The notes beneath the pieces are model-generated. The model was given only the letters and a program-made list of their open reading frames with translations. It did no database searches and had not been told where the DNA came from. Made by a program: the position numbers and the translations under genes. Of a DNA stretch of 64,000 bases, positions 1 to 11,808 are shown piece by piece; positions within the stretch are counted from its first letter, which is position 1, and the number at the start of each line of letters is the position of its first letter. The stretch comes from Octopus vulgaris. Lineage: Eukaryota. The stretch lies in contig OX597817.1 in the NCBI GenBank assembly GCA_951406725.2, forward strand, positions 61,008,001-61,072,000, given 5' to 3'.

Positions 1-811
1 TTCTAGCAGAGTTTTCCATTTTCTCTTTCTTTTATTCAAAGTATTTCAGACTCTTGTTGGGATCTAATGAACCTTGGCAAAAGGCTATGGGGATAAATAA
101 CATAACTTCCTGCCAAACCTCACTCAGCCTCATTTCGATCTCAGCACTCTTCACTCTTACGTGTATGTGTATTTATACATGAATATCTCGTTATAAACGT
201 ACAGAAACGGGTACACACACACACACACACACACTCACAGCCAGTCTTTGGCTGTGTCTCACATATACCCAATAGATGAAGAGTTAAATTGTATTATGAT
301 TAACTTTTTAAACTCTCAAGAGAAATAGAAGCAAATCGGCGGGAAGCGACAATAGAGTAGCGTCGAGTTAATTTGGAAAGCTCCAACAATAGTACAGCTG
401 ATGGCGATAGGAAGCAGCTGTTCGTTTCCTTCACTGCTACATAATTTACTTCTCATTATACACACCCAATAAGGCCTGACTAATTTGCGTATTCTTTATA
501 TTATTTTATTTTTTGTGTATATTTATTGTGTGAAGATGAATTAATTAATTAACATGCAAATTAGCTAAACTTGAACACATCTATATATTCATGGATAATG
601 ACAGAGAGAGAGAGAGAGAGAGAGACGGAGATAGTATTGTTCATATCAAGAGGTTGACGTAACAGATGCAGAGAAGTGAATATATCCCCGAAACATTAAA
701 TCTGTTTTATAGTGTTACTTTAAAAGACTTGTCGTCCCATAACAGGGATGTTAGGCCGCAAAATAATCTATATAACCTCTTGAGTCTCAAGAACCAGTGT
801 ATCGAAAGACA

Positions 812-941
812 GGGAACTGGTAGAATCGTTAGGACAAAATGCTCTGCAGCATTTCGGCTAACTCTATATTCTAAATTCATAGTCCGCTGCGGTCGACTTC
901 GCCTGTATAATAATATAGTCCGCTGCGGTCGACTTCGCCTG

Positions 942-950
<9 letters not shown>
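812..950 (+). mobile_element. Truncated tRNA-derived SINE with a 36-bp tandem duplication at its end
   Basis: 'ggtagaatcgttag...aaaatgct...cggtcgacttcgcct' resembles a SINE family seen elsewhere in the window (e.g. 31075-31215). The unit atagtccgctgcggtcgacttcgcctgtataataat occurs at 879-914 and 915-950. Confidence 0.6.
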
Positions 951-994
<44 letters not shown>

Positions 995-999
995 TAATA

Positions 1000-1740
1000 T
1001 GCCCAGGACCAGGCATCGAAAAACCAACTCAGTAAAGAAGAATATATACCACACAAGTGCATCGGACCTCTGCAGAATATGTGGGAAGAGGGTCGAAAGC
1101 GTAACTCACATTGCTTGTGAAAGTCTTACGTAGAAAGAGTACAAACATAGACACGACGAGGTAGTCCAAAACCTCCACTGGCTACTATACCGTAAGTATG
1201 GCTATGCGGTTACGGGTGGTTGGTACCAACATACACCGGAAAAGGTAATGGACGAAAAGAGGACGGCAAGAACCCTCTGGGACTTTGATTTCCAGACAGA
1301 CAAGGTGTTAGAGCACCGAAGGCCGGATATAGTAATCTTTATGAGTGACAAACAAGAGTGCCTAATAATCGACGTGGCAGTGCCAGGATATCAATATACC
1401 ATTATGAAAGAAAGAGAAAAGGTTGATAAATATGGAGACCTGAGGAGTGAGATCGCTAAGATGTGGCAGCTACGCGAGTCGAACATAAAGGTTATCCCTA
1501 TTGTCATCGGAGCATTGGGTTCAATACCACACAATCTGAAAAAAACATCTGAAAACCTTAGAAATACCCTATAATCTAAGTGTATAGCAAACGTCCGTAT
1601 TACTTGGAACTGGACGCATATTGCGTAAAGTATTGTCTGTCTGAGGTCCTTGTTGTGACTTGACAAACAGTACAAGCCACCGGTAGACGCAATATCTTCA
1701 ATCAGCAACCTCACGATATTGTATACTGTGTGACGTCTAT
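1000..1740 (+). mobile_element. R4/Dong-clade non-LTR retrotransposon, 3' fragment (CCHC zinc finger + restriction-like endonuclease), pseudogenised
   Basis: Translates as CRICGKRVESVTHIACE..*KEYKHRHDEVVQNLHW..LWDFDFQTDKVLEHRRPDIVIF..IIDVAVP..EKVDKYGDL..VIPIVIGALGSIP (PD-(D/E)xK REL motif). Flanked by (TAA)n on both sides. Confidence 0.9.
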
Positions 1741-2279
1741 AATAATAATAACAACAACAATAATAATAATGATAAATATTCAGACAAATACAAAAAATCT
1801 ATACGGATGTGGTCTTTTTTGCTACATTCTTAACACGTTGGCTTTTTGCCCTCAGCTTGTATTCTGAGGGCGATATCCTCACCAAAGAGCACCCTCTCTG
1901 AAAGCATTTCGATATCTTCCTGAGTTCCCTGAATAATGGCAGAAATGCTCTGCCCGAGCCAGTTTTGTGGGGCAGAGCGTGTGATCTGAAGGAAGACGAT
2001 TTTGTCCGTCCTGTTATACAACAGGACGGCCATCCCTTACATCAACTTCAGGTGGCACTTCTGTCACTCTTACACGAGCAGTTCGTCTTCCCATGTAGAT
2101 TGGCAGAAGTACCAACTCCTTCGTTTTCAGGGGACTCACTGAGTGCTCTTGGGCTTTTACTTCTGCTTCAAATCTGGCCTCTATTGTGCCATAAGTACGG
2201 CCCCTCGCTATATACTTTATGTCTTCCCATACGGGAGCCAGAAATTTTTCAATTTTGCACTGCTCAAAGTGCTTAAATT

Positions 2280-2705
2280 TCTTTTCGGTTTGAACGGCAG
2301 TTTTTAACATAATTGCTAGGTAACTAAAAGAATTTTTATTTCGTATACTGGTAGAATGTGCTTATAAAACATCTTTTTCTCTTGGCTTTATTGAGAAAAT
2401 TCTATAGTTTGTAAGATATTTGTTGTTGTATTTTCTTCAATTTCTGCAATTTTAACCAATCAATGACGTCCATTGAGGCAAAAAACATTCTGTGCTGTAT
2501 GAATATGTCCCTCGTTTAAGAAACAGATTGGGTTTATTTACATCTGTGAAGAAAAAAGATACCCTTCCCCCACCCCTAACCCTAACCCTAACTAACCCAA
2601 ACCCTAAAACAGATTGAAATGCAATAGATCGATACTAGGGTCATAATTATGAGTGACAATTTCATATGACACTGCTAGAAAAAACTGCCGTTCAAGCCGA
2701 AAAGA
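2280..2705. mobile_element. MITE / non-autonomous DNA transposon with ~25-bp TIRs and an internal (CCCTAA)n tract
   Basis: TIRs cttttcggtttgaacggcagttttt (2281-2305) and aaaaactgccgttcaagccgaaaag (~2679-2704); ccctaa repeats at ~2574-2607; splits the LINE ORF1. Confidence 0.8.
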
Positions 2706-2880
2706 TCCATGATATTTTTATATCACCCCACTCTTCTTTCATTTTTTCAAAACGCTCGGAGAGCTTTTCCTTTGGTAGTTCGACGTTTTCAGTAGCCACC
2801 GCGGTAACTGCTGAAAATTTCTTAACTGGCTCTTCCAGTGAATTTTTCTCTGAAATTATTTCGACCGACATATTCGTTCG

Positions 2881-3310
2881 AAATAAATTTATACACAATT
2901 TAATCCCAGAAAACGGGAAACCTACAATTTTTTACTTTTTTTTTCCTCTCAACGAGGACAACAGTTCAAATCCCACTCCCGCTGGGAACCGAGACATAAC
3001 GACAAAGCCTACAACGTTCGAAATTAAATTTTTCACACAATAATAAAATCACGGTATCCCAAAAAACGGGAAACCTATAATATGTTGTTTTTTTTCCTCA
3101 CAACGAAGACAACAGTTCAAATCTCACCCCCGCTAGAGGCGGGGTGCCACAATAGAGCCTACAACGGCTAAAATTAAATTTTTCACACAATAATAAATTG
3201 ATTATCCCTCAAAACGGGAAACCTATAATATTTTTTCCTCTTAATGAGGATAACAGTTCAAATCCCACCCCCGCTGGTGGGGAGACGACAATAAAGCCTA
3301 CAACGGCTTT
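2881..3310. repeat. Three ~140-150-bp tandem monomers (LINE 5'UTR)
   Basis: Units start near 2881, 3021 and 3171 and share aaacgggaaacctat, gacaacagttcaaatc, cccgct and agcctacaacg. Confidence 0.85.
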
Positions 3311-3834
3311 AACAAGTTCAATATTTCAACAATTCACAACTGCAAAAATGGCTTTACACAAACAATTACTTTCTCCCGTCACCGGGAAAAAGCACAAAAA
3401 TTTTCAAAGTTTCAAAGTTCAACAATGTTCAACAGTTCGAAAATATTCAACAATAAACAGTCAACAATTCCAACAGAAAAATTATCCAACGTTCAACAAA
3501 AAAAGATCGTCAAAAAAAAAAAAACACGTCTACTTACCACACAGCCACTCCTCGCGACTTACTCGTGGAATAAACATGGAAGTGGTCGGTTATTCCAAAG
3601 TCACGTGTAGTCTAAACCCTATGCTCAACACGATTCAACGTGACATACTGTATGACAAGGCCGTACGTTTGCATTCCAGTTACACTTCATCTGGCAAGAT
3701 TCCTCATAATTTCCCCCTACTTAATTCCACCCACAAGGTATGGGTCGACTCTGTTACGGATATAATGCTGCTCTCGGAGTCATGTAATAGTAATGTCGTT
3801 GAGCAACAATTTTACGACGAGGCGCCTTGTGTTT

Positions 3835-4090
3835 ACGATTAGCCTTGTGCTGAGAATGGTACACTCACGATTGCAAGAACAGGGTTCTGATTCACTGATC
3901 AAGCGGTGCCTTGTGTTCTTGAGCAAACCACTTCATTTCCCGTTGCTCCCGTCCACTCAGCTGTAAATGAGGAACAACCCTGCGACAGACAGGCATCCTG
4001 TTTAGGGGAATGTTGTCATCTCGATCATTTAAGCACCATGGTAAACTGTGCGAACCGTGCAAACCTAACTCGACTCAGTAACGTCCGGGG
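3835..4090 (+). mobile_element. tRNA-derived SINE with CORE-like domain
   Basis: ttgagcaaaccacttcatttcccgttgctcccgtccactcagctgtaaatgag..aaccctgcgac; related copies at ~5810-6070, 25800-25970, 27560-27750 and 53270-53450 (minus). Confidence 0.65.
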
Positions 4091-4380
4091 CTCCATGACG
4101 ATGAAGTCAGTCAGTTAATTAGTTAGTTTGTAAATAGTAGTAGTAGTTACGGTAAAGTTAATTCATTATGGTGATGTTTTTTCAAGGAGTCAGTACGATA
4201 TTGAAAGCCTAGCAAGTTGGGATCATGGCATCATTTTCAGGCATAGAATATCAAGGATTACATTACTTAATGTGACCTTTGTTTAAGGCGACAGAAAGAG
4301 ACATGTGAAATTTGATAATTGTCTTTAACAGATTAATTATGTTTAACGAGCGACTCACTCGCTCGTACTTTCGTATTGTG

Positions 4381-4910
4381 CCTTCTTCAGATATTGCTAG
4401 GAACAGATCGAGTCACTTCTATAATCGGTTTTCCTCCTCCGGAAAGCATCTAGACAGATGCCGGAACACCGACAAAAGCATAACAGTTACAACTGAAGCC
4501 AATGACAGAAATTTGGGAAATCTAAGAATTAAGGAAGCTATCCTCATAGACAGACTAGGGCCCCAGATTAACAACAGGCTGGAAATTAGCAATCACTATA
4601 TTATTTAGCTACATCTGGATGCGTGTAAGTTCATTTATGGTAACATGCTCATGTAATATAAAAAGAAACTGCCCGTATACTACATGACTTAGAAGCAGCG
4701 CTGCGGAAATGCCAACATACCAGCTTGAGACATGGCCACCCTCACGCACTTCTCATGAGGAATTCCCGAAGGAGCTTCGTGAGACCACTGCAGAGACGCT
4801 TCCGAAATGCAAAAAAGAAATTAATAACTGTTGGAAAACCGATTATAACAGTGACTCGATCAATTCTTAGCAATATCTGAAAAAGGAATTTTTATATTCC
4901 AAAATATTTC
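4381..4910 (+). mobile_element. Penelope-like element 3' fragment (GIY-YIG C-terminus) between 54-bp inverted repeats
   Basis: HLDRC..ITVTTEANDRNLGNLRIKEAILIDRLGPQINNRLE* (4435-4608); inverted repeat 4381-4434 vs 4833-4886. Confidence 0.7.
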
Positions 4911-6820
4911 ATCAGATTATGAATAATTAAATTATAACAGTTAGTATAGTCCACTCTGCATTGTTGTGCCATTCAAGACACGTTATATTTCACAAACAAT
5001 ACACAATGCTTCAAGCGAACTACAATACTCTCCTTTCCTTTTCTTGCTCTTATAGTCAACTTCCATTAAACCGGTAACTTTGGGGCTCAAACAGCAAGCC
5101 ACCTCATTCCATCTTTAAACTACCCTTTGATGTATTAAGGTTTGTCGTGGATCCTGAGACGCATATGGCCGGAGCTAAATCCGGTTCCTATAGTAAGTGA
5201 CTTGCATTTAGGGACACCTTCCACAATCCTCTGAATGAGATACCGGTCTGCTGGTCCGCCGGTCCGCCGGTCCGCCGCAGGGTTAGCTTCCCAGCTAGTG
5301 ATGGAACTCATCGTTTGACAACCGATACTGGTTTGTTTCCGTTTCCATAGCGCTTTGTCAAAAGAAGCAAAACAGAACAAGTACAAGGGTCATTCTGTTC
5401 GATGAAAGCCCTTCACCGTGGTGCCTAAGCATGGCTGCAACCCACTCACGGAATCAAGTTAAAAACAACAGATATAGAAAATCAGCCGTCTCATCGCTAA
5501 TTAATTGAAATTACTAGGGAAGTATGCAAGCAGCTAATCTATTAACGAAGTATAATCATTAAGTACAGCGAGCAGTCACTTTGTAGCATGGGCTGTGCTT
5601 TCATTCATTGCTTTGGGGTAGCGAGAAGACGTAGAGTCCCTCTTGAACCTTTCAACCTTGAGCCAGGAGAGCATCTAAGACATGACAACTGGAGAGAGAG
5701 AGAGAGAGGGAGAGAGAGAGAGAGAAGAGAGAGAAAGAGAGAAGAGAGAGAGATAGAGAGAGAGAGAGCGAAATAGAAGATCCCTCCGCCGCCAGCCAGC
5801 ACCCGGCTCATTGCAGCTGAGTAGGTCGACGAAGTGAAGTACCTTGTACAAGGATATAATGCAGTGCTTAGTTCAAGATTTGAAATAAATGACTGGGATC
5901 ACAACGTTCCTTTGAACGGGACATAAGTCTATCAGAGGGATACCCACTTACAGCTGAGTAGACTGGGGCAACAGAAATGGAGTAGTTTGTACAAAAACAC
6001 AATGCGCTGCACGTCCGCGAATAGAAACCTCAATTGTGATCACGTGTACATCACTCTAACCATAAACCCATGGATTTATGATCATGGGTCAGTCACTCCT
6101 GACCACTAGTCCACACGATCTTCACTGTAACTGGTATATGGGTATTTTAAATGCTTGCTAAGAAACTTCCTCAAAGGTAATTATTTCCCGCTCAAATCAG
6201 GTCACATGACACTAGAGTGCAGTCCTTTATTCATATAATTTACAAATTAACCAGCATATAAGGAAGAGCGGAAGGAGAAGGAAGAGGGGGAGAAAGAGGA
6301 GGAAGAGGGGCACGTTTCCTTGACCTTTACAGGTCCTTAGTGACTGGTGAGATTAATGAAGTTTATATTGCGAACGTATTGTTGCTGTTGCTGTTGCAGT
6401 TGTTGTTGTTACTGTCAATTTGTGGAACGACTCTGGTCTCATAGCAACCAAGTAACGCAAGTTTGTTTCGATGACATTGCTTACACAGAACAACTTGTGC
6501 AGAGTGACATTATCATTTGTCTTCCCTGCAGCGGGTTTCGAATCTCGCTGAACTCAGTTTTAACTTTCATCACTCCGGTGTCGATAACAATAAAGTACCA
6601 GTCCAGTAGTAATGTCCATTCAATGGATAAGACATCTCAAATGTCTGTGATATATATCGAAAGAATTTAATGAACCACATACAGACACACACGTCCGCAC
6701 GCGCAACATTAATGCAGTAACGTGACCCACTTGGAACATCAACATTTGATAGAGATACAACAACCATAATGGTAAAACGTACGTAGGAACAAATGACACA
6801 CGCACACATATAAATATGCC

Positions 6821-6904
<84 letters not shown>

Positions 6905-6911
<7 letters not shown>

Positions 6912-7095
6912 GAAATTTATAGAAAAACAAAAGACAAAGACAGGTGTATGAACAACAAGCAAATGTATTAGTTTGACGCTCGGGTGAAATGAAAAAGTCT
7001 TTTACGTTTCGAGTCTGTGCTCTTCATCAGAAAGGAATAAGAGAAAATAAAGAGAGAATGAAAGAAAAAGCTTGTAGATTTCAGCGGTCCTAGTC
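6905..7095 (-). mobile_element. Solo PLE terminal repeat, HHR-bearing (family A)
   Basis: Homologous to 16080-16270, 50548-50720, 52500-52650 (+) and 25200-25360 (+); the 16-kb copy is contiguous with a GIY-YIG ORF. Confidence 0.75.
6999..7034 (-). ncRNA. Minimal type-I hammerhead ribozyme, intact core
   Basis: Minus strand: CUUU-CUGAUGA-A-GAG(CACAGA)CUC-GAAA-CG-UA-AAAG. Stem I CUUU/AAAG, palindromic ACGU stem III, GUA cleavage triplet. Confidence 0.8.
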
Positions 7096-7464
7096 ATTAT
7101 GAGAATGTATAAACCTCTTACACCGATACTTTTATCCAAGATACACTGGTTTAATATATTGTATTTTCAAGATAATTCTTCAATAAATATATTACACAAA
7201 TATAAAATATTATCAAGTAAGAAAATGGAGAGATATGATTGATATAAATTAATTTTCAATTAATTAAGATGGAATATTTTTCCTTCTTTGGCCTATTCCC
7301 TTTCTCCTTTCCGACGAAGTGCTATGCTCGAAACATCAAACTTTCTTTGTTGTATTTCGGAATGGTCATTTTGCCAGTTTAGCCAATAAAAGCACACGCA
7401 CTATATATTTGGTGTTACTTTGCTCAGTGTTATTTATTTTTTACATTAATCTTAATCGCATTTC

Positions 7465-7509
7465 GGCCAGAGTTCTTTCGTCACAGTCCTGTGACCGCAT
7501 CAGTGGTCC
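7465..7509 (-). ncRNA. Hammerhead-like motif, CUGAUGC core variant (family B)
   Basis: GACCA-CUGAUGC-G-GUCAC(AGGACU)GUGAC-GAAA-GAAC-UC-UGGCC. Confidence 0.5.
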
Positions 7510-8919
7510 TTTGTTTTCTTCTTTCTTATTTGTGTCTCTCCTTACTAACCGTCAGCCATTTTGTATTCCTATTGTATTTGTTTTCATTTACGCATGCGTA
7601 TATCTCTATGTGCATCTATGTTTAGTTAGTGTGTATGTGTGTGGGGGGAATGCCTGTAATATTTGTATCTTCTGTTTATATACGTTCGTGTAATTTTTTT
7701 GTTCATGTTTACATCCACTTATTATTATTATCATTATTATTATTATTACGTATGCTTGTATGTATGTATGTATGTATGTATGTATGTATGTATGTATGTA
7801 TGTATAACAACAATACTAGTAATAACAAAAACATTTTTTAATCTTTTAAATTTAAAAAAGAACCTATATAGTTATTTATTTCTATTTGTTTATTTATCTG
7901 TGTATTTTATTTATTATGTTTTCGGTTTTGTTTATATTGTAACCAGTTTATGGAGATCCTCTTCTGTCATATGTTGTGGTGTGTGCTAGTGTTCCATTCC
8001 AGTTTCCTATTAAGGCTAGGTTTATCTTCTATTATGTGTGTAGCTTCCGTAATTTATCTGATTGTTGCATCTGTTCTATGTGTGGACAAGATTTTAACCT
8101 CTATGTTGTTGATTGATCCCCTGTGTTCCTGCTCGGCGTGTTAGTACAGAATCGATGAGCTCTTTCCTTCCTTAAGTTCTCTCCAATGTCCATTTACCTG
8201 CTCTCATATGCTTCGTGCCGTTTCCCCTACGTATGTCGTTGTCTTGTTACTGCATCGTCCCTCCATACATCTTATACTATAGACTACATTTCTGGCTTTA
8301 CAGTTTGTTTGTGGGCTAAATCTACACACAGTACAGTACCTATCCGTACAGGGGGTTCTACTAAAAGGGTAGGTTCTACCGATTATGGATTTGATAGGGT
8401 TGTCAGGCTTTTCAACAACCTTAATCCTTAGCTTAAGTTTGTCTAGGGTCCTTCTAAAGCGGTATGCCAGTTCACCTCTAGGGGTGGTGTCAACAAACAT
8501 GACACTCTGGTATTTATGGAACACTATAGAAAGGACAAAGAAGAAAATAAGGAAGGCCAACTCTTTTTAATTTAAGTTTTTAAATTTTAAAATTTATTTT
8601 CAAATGGTTTATTATTATTATTATTGTTATTACTAGTATTGTTGTTATACATACATACATACATACAAGCATACGTAATAATAATAATAGTGATAATAAT
8701 AATAATAATAAGTGGATGTAAACGTGAACAAAAAAATTACACGAACGTATATAAACAGAAGATACAAATATTACAGGCATCCCCCCACACACACATACAC
8801 TAACTAAACATAGACGCACATAGAGATATACGCATGCGCAAATGAAGACAAATACAATAGAAATGCAAAATGGCTGACGGTTAGTAAGGAGAGAGACAAA
8901 TCAGAAAGGAGAAAGCAAA

Positions 8920-8964
8920 GGACCACTGATGCGGTCACAGGAGTGTGACGAAAGAACTCTGGCC
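8920..8964 (+). ncRNA. Hammerhead-like motif, CUGAUGC core variant (family B)
   Basis: GACCA-CUGAUGC-G-GUCAC(AGGAGU)GUGAC-GAAA-GAAC-UC-UGGCC; mirror copy of 7465-7509. Confidence 0.5.
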
Positions 8965-9402
8965 GAAATAAGATTAAGATTAATGTAAAAAATAAATAAC
9001 ACTGAAGCAAAGTAACACCAAATATATAGTGCGTGTGTTTTTATTGGCTAAACTGGCAAAATGACCATTCCGAAATACAACAATGTCTGTTTCAACACAC
9101 GACTTCACATAAAAAATCTTGCACAACAAATATATAAACGTAAAAATCAAACTTTCTCTTTTCACCGAACGTCAAGCAAATTCATTTCTTATACACATCC
9201 TCACATTCGTTTCTTTTTTCTTTTTTCATCCGTTTATTTGAATTGTTTGTTTATTTGAATTGACTGTGTGTATGTGTATATGTGTATTTTCTGTGTGCGT
9301 GCGTGTGTGTGTGTGTTTGCCTGTGCGCATGTGCATGTGTGTGTATGGACTTTAAGTCAATAATAAACACATGCCCTGCTTCTCATTCACTTCTTTGTTA
9401 TT

Positions 9403-10075
9403 TACGAGGTGGTATCAAAAAGTTCTCGGACTAGTTATGTTTAATAAAAAAAATAACTTATTTACGCTGCACCATATCCTTCGAAATAGTCACCTTCTGC
9501 AGCAATTCACCCGTCCTAGCATTCTTGCCACTTTTGGAATCCGGCCTGGGAGTCGTTTTCCGTCAGCGAGTCGAGGATCTTCTGCGCTTCGATCTTGATC
9601 TCGACAACAGCAACTTTTGAGCGGCATTTTCATCTTGGGTTAGAAATGGAAGTCTGCAGGTGTTAAATCTGGCGAAAGGGTGGGTGCCGAAGCGGTACCA
9701 TATTGTTTTTGGCGAGACAGTTTTGCCGAATGTCCTCCCTTAAACGCTTCAAAACGTCGCTCACTGCCCTCCGTCGATCCTCATGCACTCCTGGCAGGTC
9801 TTCCAGATTGCTCATTGTCTTACAGGGACGTCTTTCCGCTTTTGAAGCGCCTGGGCCACTCGAAACATTGCCTCGTCACCGTAAGCTTGCCGAAGCAGAC
9901 TCAATGTCTTTGTAGCAGACTTCTCAAGTTTAACGTGAAATTTCACGTTGCTTCCAATTTCTTGTTGATGACAAAAATCAAAGACTACAACAAACACGTG
10001 ATCACATAAACACAAAGTAAACAAAGTGACGTCACTCGGCACAATGCCTCATGAAGGTCACTTCTGGCTCTCACT
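9403..10075 (-). mobile_element. Internally deleted mariner transposon
   Basis: Terminus tacgaggtggtatcaaaaagtt. Minus strand gives SNVKFHVKLEKSATKTLSLLRQAYGDEAM (HTH) and SPDLTPADFH..EGDYFE (mariner YSPDLAPxD region). Confidence 0.85.
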
Positions 10076-10397
10076 AGTTAAAGCTCCCGGGCTAATTAAT
10101 TAGATGGTTAAAGTTCTTAGACAGATGACAGCACACGGTTGCGTGCGCAGTGAGATCCAGAAGTGACCTTCATGAAGCATTGTGCCGAGTGACGTCACTT
10201 TGTTTACTTTGTGTTTATGTGATCACGTGTTTGTTGTAGTCTTTGATTTTTGTCATGAACAAGAAATTGGAAGCAACGTGAAATTTCACGTTAAACTTGA
10301 GAAGTCTGCTTCGGCAAGCTTACGGTGACGAGACAATGTTTCGAGTGGCACAGGCGCTTCAAAAGCGGAAAGACGTCCCTGTAAGACAATGAACAAT
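9807..10397. repeat. ~250-270-bp near-perfect inverted duplication of the mariner 5' region
   Basis: 9807-10075 is the reverse complement of 10149-10397; ~73-nt spacer; the right arm has a ~20-bp deletion between gtctgct direct repeats. Confidence 0.9.
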
Positions 10398-11387
10398 TAA
10401 TTGTTCGGCTTATCAGTTGATCTGAATCAAATATGGATTAGTGAAGGCAAGTCATTGACGAGGTTGCGAATGGCGACAGAAAGTCTTCGATTAACCTAGC
10501 TGGTCAATTGAAATACCAATCGATTAATAAAACAATCGATTAGTTAATTGGTTAAATGGCTAACTCACAAATAAATAATAAAGAAGTGAAATAGAACCAA
10601 TGCGTGTGTTTATTATTGGCCTAATGACCTTCTCAAGAAAGAAGAAAATTGAGGGTAATGTTAAATAGCTTTGTTGGGTGGCTTTTTTGTGCAAAGTATC
10701 ACAACGATCCAGTATTTTGAAGATGTGCTGAACTCATCTGTCACCGAGTTCAGTTCTTAGGTAGCCATTGTCAGCCACTTCAAGGGCTTCAGTTTCTCAT
10801 GCTGAACCATAGAACTTATTTACACAAAGCACAGAACGCCCGTGCACACACACACACACGCACACACACGCACACACACACACATACGCGCGTACACTAT
10901 CAATAAAAAGTCTCTTTTGCATTTTAATTTTTATGTATAATTTAAGTAGTAAAAAACGAAAGACTTCTGTCTCACAGTGTGTGTGCAAACAGAAATACAT
11001 ATAAACATGCACACGTATGTAAACACAAATATATATATGTACATAAATATATATACTCATAAGCACAAACACACACACACACACACACACAAGCGTGTGG
11101 GTGGGTGCGCGCAGGCGAGAGCGTCTCTAAAGAGGTGCACAGCGCTAGGCAGCATATTGGTTTCATTTCTTTAATAAAGCGAATCCAACACCTTTCAGCT
11201 AATTCACTTATGAGAAGTGCAGAGCGTTTCTCTTCTGGCAACGTTGATTAGGTTAGTACGGCGTTCTGCCCGCAGTGAAACTTATCTCTGATTCAGTATA
11301 CGTCACTTAACACAAAGCAGAAAACCGACATTACGAAACACTTTGGTGCTTATACATGCACACTCACTCTCTCTCACACACACATAC

Positions 11388-11421
<34 letters not shown>

Positions 11422-11443
11422 GCGCACACATATACACACAAGT

Positions 11444-11711
11444 ATGGCTGTGTGGTTAAGAATCTCGCTTTCAACCAAGTAGTTTCGGGTCCAGTCCCAC
11501 TAAGCAGCATCTTAGATTCTACTATAGTCCCTGACCGAGCAATGCCTTGCAAGTAGATTTGGTAGCCGGAAGCTGCGTTGGTCCCCAACTGCATGATTCC
11601 AGATTCAGTTCCACTGCTTGGTCCCTTGAGCAAGTGTCTTCTACTAGAGCTTCGGGCCGACTAATTCTTTGTGAGTGGAGTTGGTAGACGGAAACTTAAA
11701 GAAGCCGTCGT
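11444..11711 (+). mobile_element. Two tandem heads of the abundant tRNA-derived SINE
   Basis: tggctgtgtggtt..ttcagttccactgc..gcaagtgtcttctacta..gtgagtgga..ggtagacggaaact.aaagaagcc. Confidence 0.75.
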
Positions 11712-11742
11712 ATATACATACATACATACATACATACATACA

Positions 11743-11780
<38 letters not shown>

Positions 11781-11808
11781 TGTATATATATATATATATA
11801 TATATATA

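Larger units (their letters stand above)
1795..3552 (-). mobile_element. Tx1/L1-like LINE 5' part: 5'UTR with tandem monomers and ORF1 (gag-like, CCHC knuckle), interrupted by a MITE
   Basis: ORFs 2692-2898, 2014-2310 and 1830-2033 join into one ORF1-like protein ending KPTC*ECSKKDHIRID (C-x2-C-x4-H knuckle). The 5' end carries an AGACGTG motif. Confidence 0.65.
7346..9083 (-). mobile_element. Penelope-like element: GIY-YIG fragment (~7990-8560) enclosed by ~520-bp inverted repeats
   Basis: VMFVDTTPRGELA..IKVVEK..PC..C..C..C..NVVYSIRC..YVGETARS. Segment 7346-7860 is the reverse complement of 8562-9083, including the internal microsatellites. Confidence 0.85.

Noticed and set aside
879-950. 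CRISPR-like 36-bp repeat
   Set aside because: Two adjacent copies without a spacer, in a eukaryotic context.
2574-2607. True telomere or chromosome fusion scar
   Set aside because: The tract is short, degenerate and internal to a MITE.
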